Source: Lama guanicoe
Taxonomy: Eukaryota
Length of the DNA stretch: 64,000 nucleotides
Reading direction: 5' to 3'
NCBI GenBank assembly: GCA_013239625.1
Contig: MU053557.1
Span: forward strand, 2,696,123 to 2,760,122
Shown here piece by piece: positions 38,601-50,640 of this stretch. The notes below the pieces were generated by a model. It did not search any database. It was not told the DNA's origin and saw only the letters and a program-made list of their open reading frames with translations. Within the stretch, counting starts at the first letter, position 1, and every line of letters begins with the position of its first letter. Position numbers and translations under genes: made by a program.

Positions 38601-39202
38601 AAGTTAAAATGTCCATACTACCTGAAGCAATCAACAGGTTTAATGAAATCTCTGTCAAAATACCCATGACACTTTTCCACAGAGCTAGAGCAAATAATCC
38701 TAAAATTCATGTGGAACCACGAAAGACCCTGAATTGCCAAAGTAATATTGAGAGGAAAACAAAACAAAACAAAAAACAAAGCTGGAGGAATCATACTCCC
38801 TGACTTCAGACCATACTGCATAGCTATGGTAATCAAAACAGCAAGGCACTGGCACAAAAACAGACATATGGATCAACAGAACAAAATAGAGCGCCCAGAA
38901 ATAAATTCACACACCTATGGCAAATTAATCTACAACAAAAGAGGAAAGAATACATAATAGAGAAAAGATAATCTCTTCAATAAGTGGTGATGGGAAAACT
39001 GGACAGCTACACATAAAACAATGAGGTTAGAACATTTCTTCACACTATACACAAAAATAAACTCAAAACGAATTAAAGACATAAATGTAGGACCTGAAAC
39101 CTTTAAACTCCCAAAAGAAAACATGTGCAGAACACTCTTTGACATAAATCAAAGAGTGCTTTTTGGATCTGTCCCCTAAGGCAAAAGAAGTAAAAGCAAA
39201 AG
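38601..39202 (+). mobile_element. L1 ORF2 segment, inverted part (twin priming)
   Basis: The plus strand encodes VKMSILPEAINRFNEISVKIP...[31 protein letters not shown]...KAKEVKAK with frameshifts. TSD tcatttgttttc at 37506-37517 and 39203-39214. Confidence 0.93.
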
Positions 39203-39561
39203 TCATTTGTTTTCATCACAGCATAATTTATGATTACCTCACTTACTGGATTTTGTTTTGTTTTTGCCTTTCTCCCCGACAACATGGTAAACTTCATGAT
39301 GGATAGGAACCAGGTGGGGTCAGCTCAAAACGAGAACTGCAGTGTGTAAACCAGCACTCAGAGAGGAGATGCTGCAATACCATACAGTGGGCATTAGGTA
39401 ACTACTTACTGAGTGAAAGAAAGAGGCAATTTGAATACATGTGGTCAAGTCTGTACCCCATGTGCACATATTAAGGCAGAAATATTAACTTGTCTGCAGA
39501 AATTTTGCCAGTAAGCATAAAGGTAAAAAGATTTTCTGATTAGGAGTTGCAAGTTCTAGAT

Positions 39562-39884
39562 CTGAGCTATCCAATATGGTTAGCCACTAGCCACATGTGA
39601 CTACTGCACACTTAAAATGAGGCCAGTCTGAACTGTGCATGCCAAACATGCTTTGAAGACAAGATAAGAAAAAGAACATAAAACATCTAATTCATAATTT
39701 TTATCTTGATCGTATCATGTGGCAATGACAATTTTTCAGTTGGCAAATAAAACATTGGTAACACTGGTAAATAAAATAGGTTATTAAAATTAATTTCACC
39801 TGTTTTCTTTATTTTTTAAATGTGGCTATTAGAAAATGAAAATTACATATGTGGTTTGTATTATATTTCTATTGGATGATGCTA
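39562..39884 (-). mobile_element. MER33 (hAT-Charlie)
   Basis: 'ctatccaatatggttagccactagccacatgtgacta...ttaaaattaatttcacctgttt...aattacatatgtggtttgtattatatttctattgga'; flanks ttctagat / gtctaggg resemble the NTCTAGAN Charlie target. Confidence 0.88.
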
Positions 39885-40342
39885 GTCTAGGGCACTTCAG
39901 AGTTAATCTGATTGGCTATGCTTGTGACTTTTTAAAAAATTATCTACCATGGTATGTATTAGGGGTGAAAAATATGTAGATGTTTCAAAGTCACGCCTAA
40001 AATTCTTAATGTTATCCTACTTTTTAAAAAAAATCGTATGTAGGCATTAGGAAATTTTCCAGGCATCATACTCTGTAATACATCTGACTCAAAGGCAGAA
40101 AAATTTTCACTGAATTGTTCAAATAGTTCTTGCCCTGTTGTTGGCCTTCCAACTCTTTCACTCTCCTTTGATAGTCACTACCATGATCTCTCACCTGTAC
40201 AACTGAAATAGCTTCCTAACTGGTTTTCTGACTGATTTTTTTTCACATAACCGTGATCATAAGAGTACAAATTTTATATTGACCTCAGGATAAAGTCCAA
40301 ATCCTTAATCCAGTCTTCAATTCCTGACATAATGCTGGGAAA

Positions 40343-40410
40343 TATTTACCTTTCCTCTTCCTCCCTCTCCTCTTCCTCCCTCCTATTTACCTCTCCTCTT
40401 CCTCCCTCCT
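40343..40410. repeat. Homopyrimidine low-complexity tandem repeat inside an L2 relic
   Basis: 'tatttacctYtcctcttcctccct' occurs twice, with an extra 'ctcctcttcctccct' unit. Confidence 0.8.
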
Positions 40411-40632
40411 TGACTCCACCCTCTAGCCCTTCCCAACGCTATAAAGTTCTGTAAAGGTGCCATGCTTCCTTCAACTTTTGGATCTTTGCTCCTTCTGCTA
40501 GAGCCAACACCCATCAACCTTTTATCTCGTCAACTCCAATCCTGTGCTCAGTTTAGAGTTAGAGAAGACCTCTGTGTCTGGTGTGTAAGATTCAAGGCAA
40601 GGGCATCTCCTGGCCTCCAGGAACTTTTTCTT

Positions 40633-40669
40633 GCCGCCGCCGCTACCGCCACCACCACCACCACCACCA
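40633..40669. repeat. (GCC)/(ACC) trinucleotide repeat
   Basis: gccgccgccgctaccgccaccaccaccaccaccacca. Confidence 0.92.
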
Positions 40670-40769
40670 GTGATGGAGGGTTTGACATGGTAGGCGCATG
40701 CAGGCACTCTCATGATTACCCCACTGCATCTTCACCATAGACCTGTGAACTATAGCAGCAGTAGAAGCT

Positions 40770-41060
40770 GACATATATCTAGCGCAGCCTGCCAGCACTT
40801 GTTCTAAGCACTTCACAGTATTACCCCAGACTGAGGACAACTCTCTGAGATAGGTACTATTATTATTCTATTTACTGATGAGCAAATAAAGCCCAGCTAG
40901 GTTTTCTGTATCACCCGGCTCTGTTGCTGGGGATTTGCGCTCCTGTAGTTTGACTTCATAGTCTCTGTTGACTCAGGCCAGGTTTCATCACCATTTTAGA
41001 GATGAGGAAACATATGAGAAGGGTCAAGTAAACTGCCCAAAGTGGTCAAATCAGGATCCC
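40770..41060 (-). mobile_element. MIR relics
   Basis: 'caactctctgagataggtactattattattctatttactgatgag' and 'ccattttagagatgaggaaac...aaactgcccaaagt'. Confidence 0.75.
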
Positions 41061-41179
41061 AAGGACCCGTCAGATGTCCCGTTACTTCTCTCAATCTATA
41101 CACCCTCCTTCATTATACTTGTATTACAATTGCCTACTAGCTTACTGGCTTCCCTTATTACACTACAAGCTTCTGATTC

Positions 41180-42452
41180 TTTAATTTTTATAAACAGCTT
41201 TAGATTTACAGAAAAATTAAATAGCACAGTGAACTCCCAAATACATCTTGCAGAGTTTTCCCTACTATAAAAAGCTTATATTACTGTAGTACATTTGTTA
41301 TCATTAATGAGCCAATACTGATAAATTATTATTACCAAAAGTCTATACTTTAATTCGTATTTCCTCAGTTTTTACCTAATGTCCTTTTTCTGCTTGAGGA
41401 CCCCTGTGGGATACTATGTCACACTTAATTGTCCCATTTCCTTAGGCTCCTTTCATTGGGGCAGTTTTTCACAGTTTTGAGGACTGCGATCAGGTAGACT
41501 GTAGGACACTCCTCTATTTGAACTTGTCTGATGTTTTTCTCCTGATCGAAGACCACAGAGGTGGAGTGCCATTTCCATCACATCCTCTCAAGGGTGCCCA
41601 CTATCAGCATGACTTAGACTGTTCACAGGGACCTTGATCACTAGCTGAGGTAATGTTTGTCAGGTTTCTCCCCTGCAAAGTTACTCTTCCTGCCCCTCCC
41701 CTGCCCTTTTCCCTCATCTTTACTCTTTAGGAAGAAGCCTTTATGAGCAGCTCACACTGAAGGAGTGAGAAACTATGCTCATTTGCTATGCCCCTTGAGG
41801 CTAGGTCATCTTCATCATTTATCTGGCATTCTATGTGGGAGAGTCTTCTCTTCCCTCCCATATACTAATTTGTTGTGTCATTTATTTATATCAGTATGGA
41901 TTCATGGGTATTTATTTAATGCCTTGAGATATAATCCAATACCACTTTATTTTTTGCTCAAATTATTCCACTTGAGCCACTGAGAACTCTTTCAGTTGGC
42001 TCCTGTGTCCCTATGACATACTCCCATCAATGTAGGTCTTTTTTTTTCTTTCTCTTTTTTGAGCACTTCCTTGTTTTGGCACTGTAAGAGCCTCTGACCT
42101 CATAACATATACTGCCTTCCACAGTCCCCAAATCAGATATTTCTCCAAGGATTTCTGATCCCTTTTATTGGAGAATGGTTTTAGAAATCAAGATCTGGGT
42201 GCTAGGTGTGCCTGTTGCTACTGGGGTGTCGTTTCTTTCAGGTTCTCTCAGCTGACACAGAAAGAAATACATGTAAGTATACAAACGCGCACACACATAC
42301 ATATAAACACACAATTATCAATACTTCTGTGTAATCATGCATGTCTATATAGTTAAACGAGAGTTCTTTCTGATGTCTCCAACTCGAACTCATTACCAGA
42401 TGGACCACTCTGACCTGCCCTTGTTTATCTGTAAATTCCCACTCCAACAGTG
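41180..42452 (-). mobile_element. L1MC-type (ancient eutherian L1) 3' end
   Basis: 'ctttagatttacagaaaaatt...aatgagccaatactgata...agtttttacctaatgtcctttttctg...gaccttgatcactagctgaggtaatgtttgtcaggtttctcc...ttagaaatcaagatctgggtgctaggtgtg' are L1MC 3' UTR hallmarks. Confidence 0.88.
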
Positions 42453-43339
42453 GGCAATGATTCTAAGCTTCTTAAAGGCATCACTAGTCCTTATTCACGG
42501 CTGTACCTCAAGTATAAAGTATAGTGCGTGGCATGTATAATCCACATGTTGACTTACTGCTGAGTTTACCCAATAGTTTCAATTCTGGAAAGGACCACAG
42601 ATGATTTTGCAAATGTTACTAAATGTGGACTGCAAAGACTAAAATCACAACAATCTATTAGGGCAACAGTACAAGAGGGTGCACCAACAGAGGTCTGATT
42701 TAAGTGTGTTTATTCAACTCTGTGAAGGGAAAATGACAGTAATACATCTAAGCTATGAAAAAAGGATTCAGGCTTCCCTGAAAAGGATTCAAGTGGCATA
42801 AAATGGTTTGTTTCTCCACAGCAATTTACATTTATTAAAATAGATAATAGGCATAATCATTGTCAAAATACAGCTTACACCCTGTATAATGTCTTAATAT
42901 ATTCTCAAAGTTCCTGACAAATAGGCACAGAGCCATGGAGGATTAGACTCTAAGTGGCGGATCACTCTAATAGCACAGCAGAAAAACCAATCTCACAATT
43001 CTGGGAAGGAAAATAAGACCTGTGAACAGCCTTTGAAGGCGAAGGGTAAAGTACAAAGGGAAAGATGCTAAAGTGATACATCAGCTGGAAGGGGACTGGG
43101 CGATAATGTGACACTCTGCATTAACGATGCTAATTTATGTCTGGGTGAGTGTGTGTGCATGACACAGAGGAGATTTGAAGAGGTCTATATTATACCATGG
43201 AGGGGCTCATCTTGAATCTCTCAGAAGAGTATGTGCTTTACATGGGGACTGCCTCACATGGACATATATTATGTAGATTCTATGTCAGTTTCATATAACC
43301 AAATCACTTGTTTCTGTAAATCTATTCTGGATCGTTTCC

Positions 43340-43897
43340 ATTCTGTCCTTTACATGGCAGCCAGAATGATCTTTTCGAAAAAACAAACTTGGTTGTTGCT
43401 CCCCATCTTCCCTACATTTAAACATTTTAACATTTCCCTTGACTCCAAGGATAAAAAGCAGTAAAGTGCTCCTGTACCCTCAAGGCTGTGCCAGGTCTGG
43501 CTTCTGTCTAATGCCCACCTTGTGGGAACTCGAGCTGCACGAGTCATCTTTCACCCCTCTGAACACATGCTCTCTACTCTATACTGACCCTACGAGGGCC
43601 CTCGTACCTGCAGTTCCCCCTGCCTGGGTCATCTTGGCATCCCCTCTTCAACACAGCTAACTCCTACTATGGCTTCCAGATTTAGCCCAATCACCTCTTC
43701 ACCAGGGATGCTCTCCTGTCAGAGTCACTCTCATAGCACCACAAACTCTTTCTTTGCAGCATGTGTCCCATTTACAACTGTACATTATCTTTCATTAATG
43801 TCCTTCCCCAGAGGGCCCTGTTACTCCATATCCCTGGCACCTAATCCTATGCTTGGCACACAGGAAGTGCTCCATAAATATCTGTTGAATAAATGAA
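43340..43897 (+). mobile_element. L2 relic
   Basis: 'ggcagccagaatgatctttt...atgcttggcacacaggaagtgctccataaatatctgttgaataaatgaa'. Confidence 0.85.
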
Positions 43898-46559
43898 AGA
43901 GAAATGATCATACGATCCACCTACACTATTGCCAAGGATTTCCTGAACATGAAAGCTCTTCTTTGGATTCTAAAGAATATGACAATTCACACTAGGAATT
44001 TGATGGGTCACCCTTGTGATAAGTATAAGAAATGTCACTGGTAGGCTCTAGCAGTTTCTAAAGAAATAGGAGATCCCTTTTATCATATGGGTTATGAATG
44101 CATTGAAATGGACATTATGTGGAAGTGGACATAAGGGGATGTGGAAAAACAATCCTCTCCAGAAAAGGTCAGCCATGGTGCTGATCATCTACTAGTCCTA
44201 ATTCATAAGGTCACGTTATCAAGTAATTGTGCTTTGTTTCACAAAATCCCAAATGATACCATTCAAGCTCTCATCACTGTGCCTGGATTTCATGCAACAA
44301 ATATTTCCTAAGCACATCTATTACATATCAGGCACTGTGTTAGACCCTGAGATAAATGCCTAGCAAGAGACACAAGGTTGTTAACTTCAAGGGCAGGACA
44401 GACAACACAGATTGATAGTCCTCTCAGATTAGTGAATTTCAGATATGTGTGTGATTAGTGCTGATGAAGAAAGATGTCACATTTTACATGAGTGAGATCA
44501 TTCCTACTGTCTCAACATTATCCCAAGTGATCCAAAAGCCTCACCGGGACAACCGGCACCATTTACTACTCTGTGGCATCATGTAGACCACAGTGTTTGC
44601 ACTTGATGAAGGATTAAAGGATTCCGTGTTTAAAGGTCATGGTCTCCCATAAGGATTTATATGTATTTACTTCCTCGGGTTAAATAGAAAACTAGGCAAG
44701 ACACAAGGTGTATCTTTTCTAAAGAGTCATTATAATCCTTCCAAATCTCCAGTGCCGGTTTTGATGTACCCCGAAGGATCAAAGTGCCTTGTTCTCAAAG
44801 ATGCATATCTCAACAGCTCATCTGTTTCATGCCAAGAGAGTCTTCCCTGGGTTTTAGTGATAAGCACTGCAAAGGGCAATTAACATCACAGAGAATCTGA
44901 AAGACACCTATGGAGAGATTGTAAATTTTGCAGATTAAGTCAAGACTCTCTTGAAAACCATTACAAACTTTAAGGCCTGGGCTAGTGCTTGGCACATAAC
45001 TGGCCCTCAGTAATTATGTGTTAAATGTTTGCTGCATGGAATGGAAATACTTGGAGGAAATCAGCTAGTGGAAGCATGGGACCAGAAATTGGAAACAGAA
45101 GTTAACTCTAGACCTCACATTTTCCGTCATAACTATGCTGTTCATAATCTAACTTTTTTCATAGGGTTGATAGAGAGATGAGCAGGATAATTCATCTGAG
45201 AGAGATTTTTAAACTGCATGGAACTCCATGCTGTCATTGTACCTGTCGAGCTGAGGCAAGAGTACCGTGCTGGGTAGCTAGCCTAGAATAAAGGGGAAAA
45301 GTGGTTTCAGCGATATACGGGCTGCCTTTATTGCCTTGTTAGCAACCTCTCTAATGCCATGGCCGCAGCATGTTGGAAGTCCAAACTGGCATTCCCTGGG
45401 GGACATTTTTTGAAGCAACAGAACATGAGATGAGATGGACGATAGATTTTCTCCCAAATGACACTCATTGTGTTAGAAAGTCTTTAAATGTTTCTGAGAT
45501 TGTTCATCTCTGTTAATCATGCCACACCCCTCTATGACTGGTCAGCAAAAAATGAAATGAAAGTTTGCCAATTATCCAATTCTTTTCAAGGTCTTGGCTT
45601 CCAATATAGATAATCCAAAGCCCCAAATGGACTCCAAAAAATTCTGGACTACTCAGTTGACCTGTGAATGTATGTGTGTGTATGTGTGTATATATATTAT
45701 CTTTCCTGCCATCACTTTTTTGCCAAGTAGACTGTGATCCTGTCACCGTGATGTTTGACAGTCCCCAATACGCTCCTTGGATTTCTCTTCACTCTAATCA
45801 GCCATCACGTTGTGAACTTAGGACTGTCTGCACTCGTATCACCCAAACAAGCAGGTTCGGTTGCTGGCCAACGCATTAGCTGTCATTAGGAATAATTGAG
45901 AACGTTCGGAGAGAGGCAGTTGCAAACTCTTTGGGCACAAAGAGCATGTCTCCACTACAAAGGGGATGGCTGGCCCCACAATAGGGAGATCGACAATGAA
46001 CTAAAATAATGAATTCTTCTGCATCGCAGTCCAATTCCAGAGGCTAATTGTTAGTTTGTTTAAGTCCCGCCTGAGGCCCCGATAAGGGGGGAGCTTCCCT
46101 TTGGAAGCTTGATGGAGCTAATGTGAAAGGCAAGACTGTGTAATTCAGATATACTCGTGAAATGCAAACAGTTCCATGTATTAATGGTCACTAATGACCT
46201 GTAATCAAGCTATGATTTGTTAGGTTAAAAACAAAGATACAATTAGTTTATTTGTTCAGGAGTGTAAGCAGAAAAATTTATCAATATGCTGATTGTTCTT
46301 CTCCATGGGAGACGCTGGGCTGGAGTAACGTTAGTCTTGAGCTGTGGGACCCCGGGGCTGCCACTGTCTGTTCCTAAGATTCTCCCAGCTTCCTGACCAA
46401 CCCCTCTTAAGTCTCCTGTCTTCATCAAAAGGGGATGAAGAGGATACTGTTCTGGCATCCTTTCTCTGTGGCTTTCCCTCTGGCTAAGCAAGCTGCTTCA
46501 CACTAGTTTTTCTCTTTTTGCTCTCATACTACAGGATAACCGCCCATGATCTTGTCTTG

Positions 46560-46690
46560 TGTCCCCCACTGGGCCATGAGTTCCTTAACAGAAGAGTCCA
46601 GGTTTGTGTACCATATTTTTACATCTCTCGTACAAAGCATGGCACCAGGCACACAGTAAGTGCTCAGTAAATACTTAATAAACGGAGGGA
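46560..46690 (+). mobile_element. L2 3' end
   Basis: 'agcatggcaccaggcacacagtaagtgctcagtaaatacttaataaacgga'. Confidence 0.75.
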
Positions 46691-48605
46691 TTGCTGGCAG
46701 ACTCCTTTCATACCAACCTCCTGCCACATACCCGAGTATTATTTCTCCTGGGAGCACAATTTGGGCAATCAGAGCTCATCATCCATAATTTCATGTCACA
46801 TACTGCTATTACACAATCTTAGCCTCACATTAAGAACTCAGTGCAATCTTAACCAAATCTAATGGACCCCATTTCTGAAGGAAGCAGCTTTACTTGTGAA
46901 AATAATGCCTTGAATGGCACTTTCATTTGGTTAATACACACACTCATTCATGTCATACCTCACGCTTATTCACAAAGCTACACACCAAGCTTACAGGTTA
47001 TAGTCACCAACCCCTTAGCACTTTGAAAAGGGCACCGTCTCTTTACTTTCAAAATGTTTTGCAGAAACATTTGGACCTGATGAGACATGCAAAAAGCCAG
47101 TATTCATCCTTGCTATTCTTCCTCAAAATCAGCTCTTAAAATTCTCACTCTGAACTCTTTCCCACTTTTAACTTTAGTGAATATGGAAATTTTGAGTCTG
47201 ATGTGATGCAGGCTCGAAAAACATCATCAAATAACCGAATAATTTAATCCTTCCCTCTCCCTCCCTCTCGGAGGAGGGACAGAGGACATAAAAGTTGGAA
47301 GCTCCAGGGAAATCCATTCAAAATCCATCTAGTCTTACCTCATTGAAGTACCATCGCTGAGGACAAACCAAATATAACTCAGCCCTCCAATCAATACCAT
47401 ATTAGAATGCGTTGAAAATGTGACTTGGTTGGTAGGAATGAAAGAAGGGTACATTGAAATTACAACAGGCGTAAGTAAGCTCTTTATCCAAATAGGTCAG
47501 ACAGAAAAAAATGTAAATTCTTCTATAGCAAGGAAAGAGCTCAACTCCACCTCACACCACAAACACCCCAAGGTATTATTTAAACACAAATCCTGTCTCT
47601 TAAGGTCTTATTATAAAACAGCACATTAAGAAATACAACCTTTATAAACATGTAAAGCTAAGGTTGCATAATCCCCTTGGGACACCACGCCTGCTACACC
47701 CTTGTCCACTGGCTGATGGAGACCATGCATAAACATGTACACATCATGTAAGTATACACATCTGCTTTGTGTTCTTCCCCCTTTAAGTTTTTGTCCATCT
47801 CTTTCATTTCATTTCCTTATGATAAGTATTTATTTGGAAACTCTTCTTTCCCCATTCCTTTTCTTACAAGGAGCTCTCCTCTTCTGAATGTCTTATTCTT
47901 TACTCTGTCTCCGAATTCTTCCCTATCTCTGTTACAAACTCCACCTCAAGGGAGAATCTCAGCTGATTCTTTTCCTTAAATAAAGATATATAGTTCTCTT
48001 GTACTAAATGTTATTCTCCAGGGCCCCAAAACACAGCCAAATGTGGAGGCTGAAAAGCTGAAGAGCCTCCCTGCACAGTTTCAAGCAATCAGTAAAAACA
48101 AGCTAGCAGAAGTCTTCACACTCCCTCGTCCCATCCAGGTGGGACCATTTAGAGGTTATACTGAGAGGGATTCCAAATATTTAACACAGGTTAGAAGTTA
48201 CTGTTTTTCCTACACAGGGATTTCTAGATCTGCTTCCTAATTCAAAATTACCCTTGTAGTAAGACCTTTCATTCTTCATGAAACACAAAGAAAGAAGTTC
48301 ATATTGTCTTTCTTCGCCTGCTGATCCCAACTCTTTTCTTTGTTAGAGCAGTCAGTACCTCTGTCTGGTTCACCAGCTTGTTCTACATACTTTTCTGGCA
48401 TCTATAAAGCAGGGTCTATTCTCATCTGCCCTAATCCCTCTCTCCTGGTAATTTTTGGCTAATTATTACTTGTCTTGGCTGTGTACCGATACATTTCCTC
48501 AAAACACGTTCTGAGTTCTCTTAGTTCTTAAAACAGTAAGTCCAACAATGCTTCTTATCTACAATATTTTTTTTTCTCCAAATGTGAATGAGTGAATTTG
48601 GGTCT

Positions 48606-48639
48606 CACAGAACAACTTTTAAGCAACAGGAACTATTCA
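48606..48639 (+). repeat. 34-bp dispersed duplicate of 49521-49554
   Basis: cacagaacaacttttaagcaa(ca/tt)ggaactattca; 32/34 identical. Confidence 0.85.
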
Positions 48640-49014
48640 ACACTTCCATCTTGCTATTTTATGAAGAATAGTAGGTATAAATAATTATACTAATACCTTT
48701 GTTTCCATAGGTGCTTTCATCTGGATAATTCATGCTTCATTATTGTGCCACTATTCTCTGTCTTGGGTTCTCCCTTGGGTCCTGTGACAAACACGGGGTT
48801 CAGATCCAGACTCCAGGAGGCAGTGATGCTTCAACTTTTGTTACCACACACGGGTGCATTACACACTCCCCACGTCCCCCTCTAGAACCTGTGTGTGAGG
48901 TGGCTCCTGGCCTGTCAAAGTCCAGGCTAGTGAGGTGACGCCACCAACACTACACGACCTCTCCGTGCTTCAGCCTCTGCAACAGGAAGTGGGCTGCCTT
49001 CCGGTTTTGGAGAG

Positions 49015-49196
49015 GAGTGGTTTTCAAAGGCTTGCTCTGGGCCGGTGGCAGCAGCATCACCTGGGAAACCATTAGAAAGCAAACTTTCAGGCCCCATCCC
49101 AGGTCTATTAAATTAGAAACTCTGGGGGGAGCCCAGCAATTGGTAGTTAACAAACACTCCAGGTGATTCGAATAACATTAGAGTTGAAAACAACTG
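49015..49196. mobile_element. MER5A (hAT-Charlie)
   Basis: 'agtggttttcaaag...gcagcagcatcacctgggaaaccattagaaagcaaactttcaggccccatccc...tccaggtgattc...gttgaaaacaactg'. Confidence 0.9.
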
Positions 49197-49214
49197 ACAT
49201 AGGGCATCTGGGGA

Positions 49215-49365
49215 TTTTTGTTTGTTTTGGGGGAGGGTTTTGAAGGGGAGGTAATTAAGCTTTTACTTATTTATGTATTTATTTTTTGACAGAGGTGCTG
49301 GGGATTGAACCCAGGACCTTGTGCACGCCAAGCATGTGCTCTACCACTGAGCTACACCCTCCCCC
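49215..49365 (-). mobile_element. tRNA-Ala-derived SINE (camelid Vic-1 type)
   Basis: Minus strand 'ggggagggtgtagctcagtggtagagcacatgc...gggttcaatccccagcacctc' with A and B boxes and an A-rich tail; TSD catctRggga (49205-49214, 49366-49375). Confidence 0.9.
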
Positions 49366-49439
49366 CATCTAGGGAGTTTTGAGGAAGCTTTTGGTGAAGA
49401 GAGCTATCTTCATACAGTTAAAGATGGTCATATACCTAG

Positions 49440-49620
49440 AACAAAGCTTTTGAGGGAAGGCTTCATAGTGGAAGGCTAGGAGAAATGGGCAAAAAAAAAA
49501 AAAAAGAGACTGCTCTGATACACAGAACAACTTTTAAGCAATTGGAACTATTCAGAAACAGGAGCAAGTCATTTGACTGATTACAAGAGGCTCCCTTTCT
49601 CTCAAAGTGTTCAGAGGGAT
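49440..49620 (+). mobile_element. L3/CR1 3' relic
   Basis: 'aacttttaagcaattggaactattcagaaacagga...ggctccctttctctcaaagtgttcag' resembles the L3 end 'aactttctaacagttagagctgtccaacaatgga...gctccccgtcactggaggtgttcaag'. Confidence 0.5.
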
Positions 49621-50114
49621 GAGATTATACTCCAGCAGAATCCATGAATAAGGTAATATAAGAACTACTAAAAATAAAGCAAGGTTTTAAAAAAAACAAC
49701 TAAATTAAACCTTAATAGGAAGATTCAACATACCACTAATACAGAGAGGTCTATAATTAACCAATTATCATTAATTTTTTAATATCTCAAAGCTATTACC
49801 TTTAAAAACTATCCTACTGATGGTGCATAGAGTAGATAATGGGGTTTTGTTTCCTGATGCTTTATCTAATATTCAGAAAAGGCCAGCAGTTGCTTAGACT
49901 CTCACAAGATTCCATTTATTATTATACGAGATGACATTTATTATTTAAAAGGGATCAATCACCACCAGCAAGAACTGATACCAGATCAAAGATTAAGGTT
50001 GGGTGTTAACTTATGTCTCCTTTGTTCTGTAATCCAAACAACCATCTTCTATCAGTAATGATTTTGCTATAGGACATTTAGATAACAGAACTAACATTAA
50101 TGAAAATACAGCCT

Positions 50115-50640
50115 AACATTATTTAGCTTTTATTACCAACTATGTACCTGGCACTGTCCTGAGCACATCAGATACAGTGTAGTATTTAACACTCACAAAA
50201 ACCTTAGGTAGTTAAGCATTGTTATTCTCATTCTGTAGAGGAGGCACCTGGGCTCAGAGAGATTCAATAACTTACCCAAGGTCAAGGAACTAGCAATTGG
50301 TAAAGGCAGGACACAAACCCTGTGGTTTCGAGTCAGGGTTCTTAATCACATGAGTATTTTTTTTAATGTAACCCTAAACTATCTGGAGTTGGGATTGGAG
50401 GGCAGAAAGGACTGGTGTACCTGTGTAAATAACACTTATGATCATTTAAGGCTTCTAGCAATACTAAAGACAATCAAACAACCATTCAATTAATGGTCAA
50501 TCTATGCAGGTACCGAACTAACCACTGTACAACTACTTTCTCACTTAATCCTTACAACAACCATAGAAGGTAGTTACTGTTATTGCCCTGGTTTTATATG
50601 TGGGTAATTATCATTAGATGATTTAAGTAATAAGCCCAAC
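50115..50640 (-). mobile_element. Two MIR relics (~50115-50350, ~50490-50640)
   Basis: 'tatgtacctggcactgtcctgagcac...gggctcagagagattcaataacttacccaaggtca' and 'cttaatccttacaacaaccatagaaggtag'. Confidence 0.85.

Larger units (their letters stand above)
37190..39420 (+). mobile_element. L2 relic (~37190-37505 and ~39215-39420) split by the L1 insertion
   Basis: 'tagaataatattccagctcctcactatg...cttgcacatgctgtttcctctact' before the L1; 'ggtaaacttcatgatggataggaacc...tacttactgagtgaaaga' after it. Confidence 0.7.

Noticed and set aside
38609..38957. ORFs with real protein-like sequence (MSILPEAINRF..., [10 protein letters not shown]...)
   Set aside because: These are frameshifted L1 ORF2 remnants, not a host gene.
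46185..46198. GGTCA-N4-TGACC as an estrogen response element
   Set aside because: The spacer is 4 nt; a canonical ERE needs 3.
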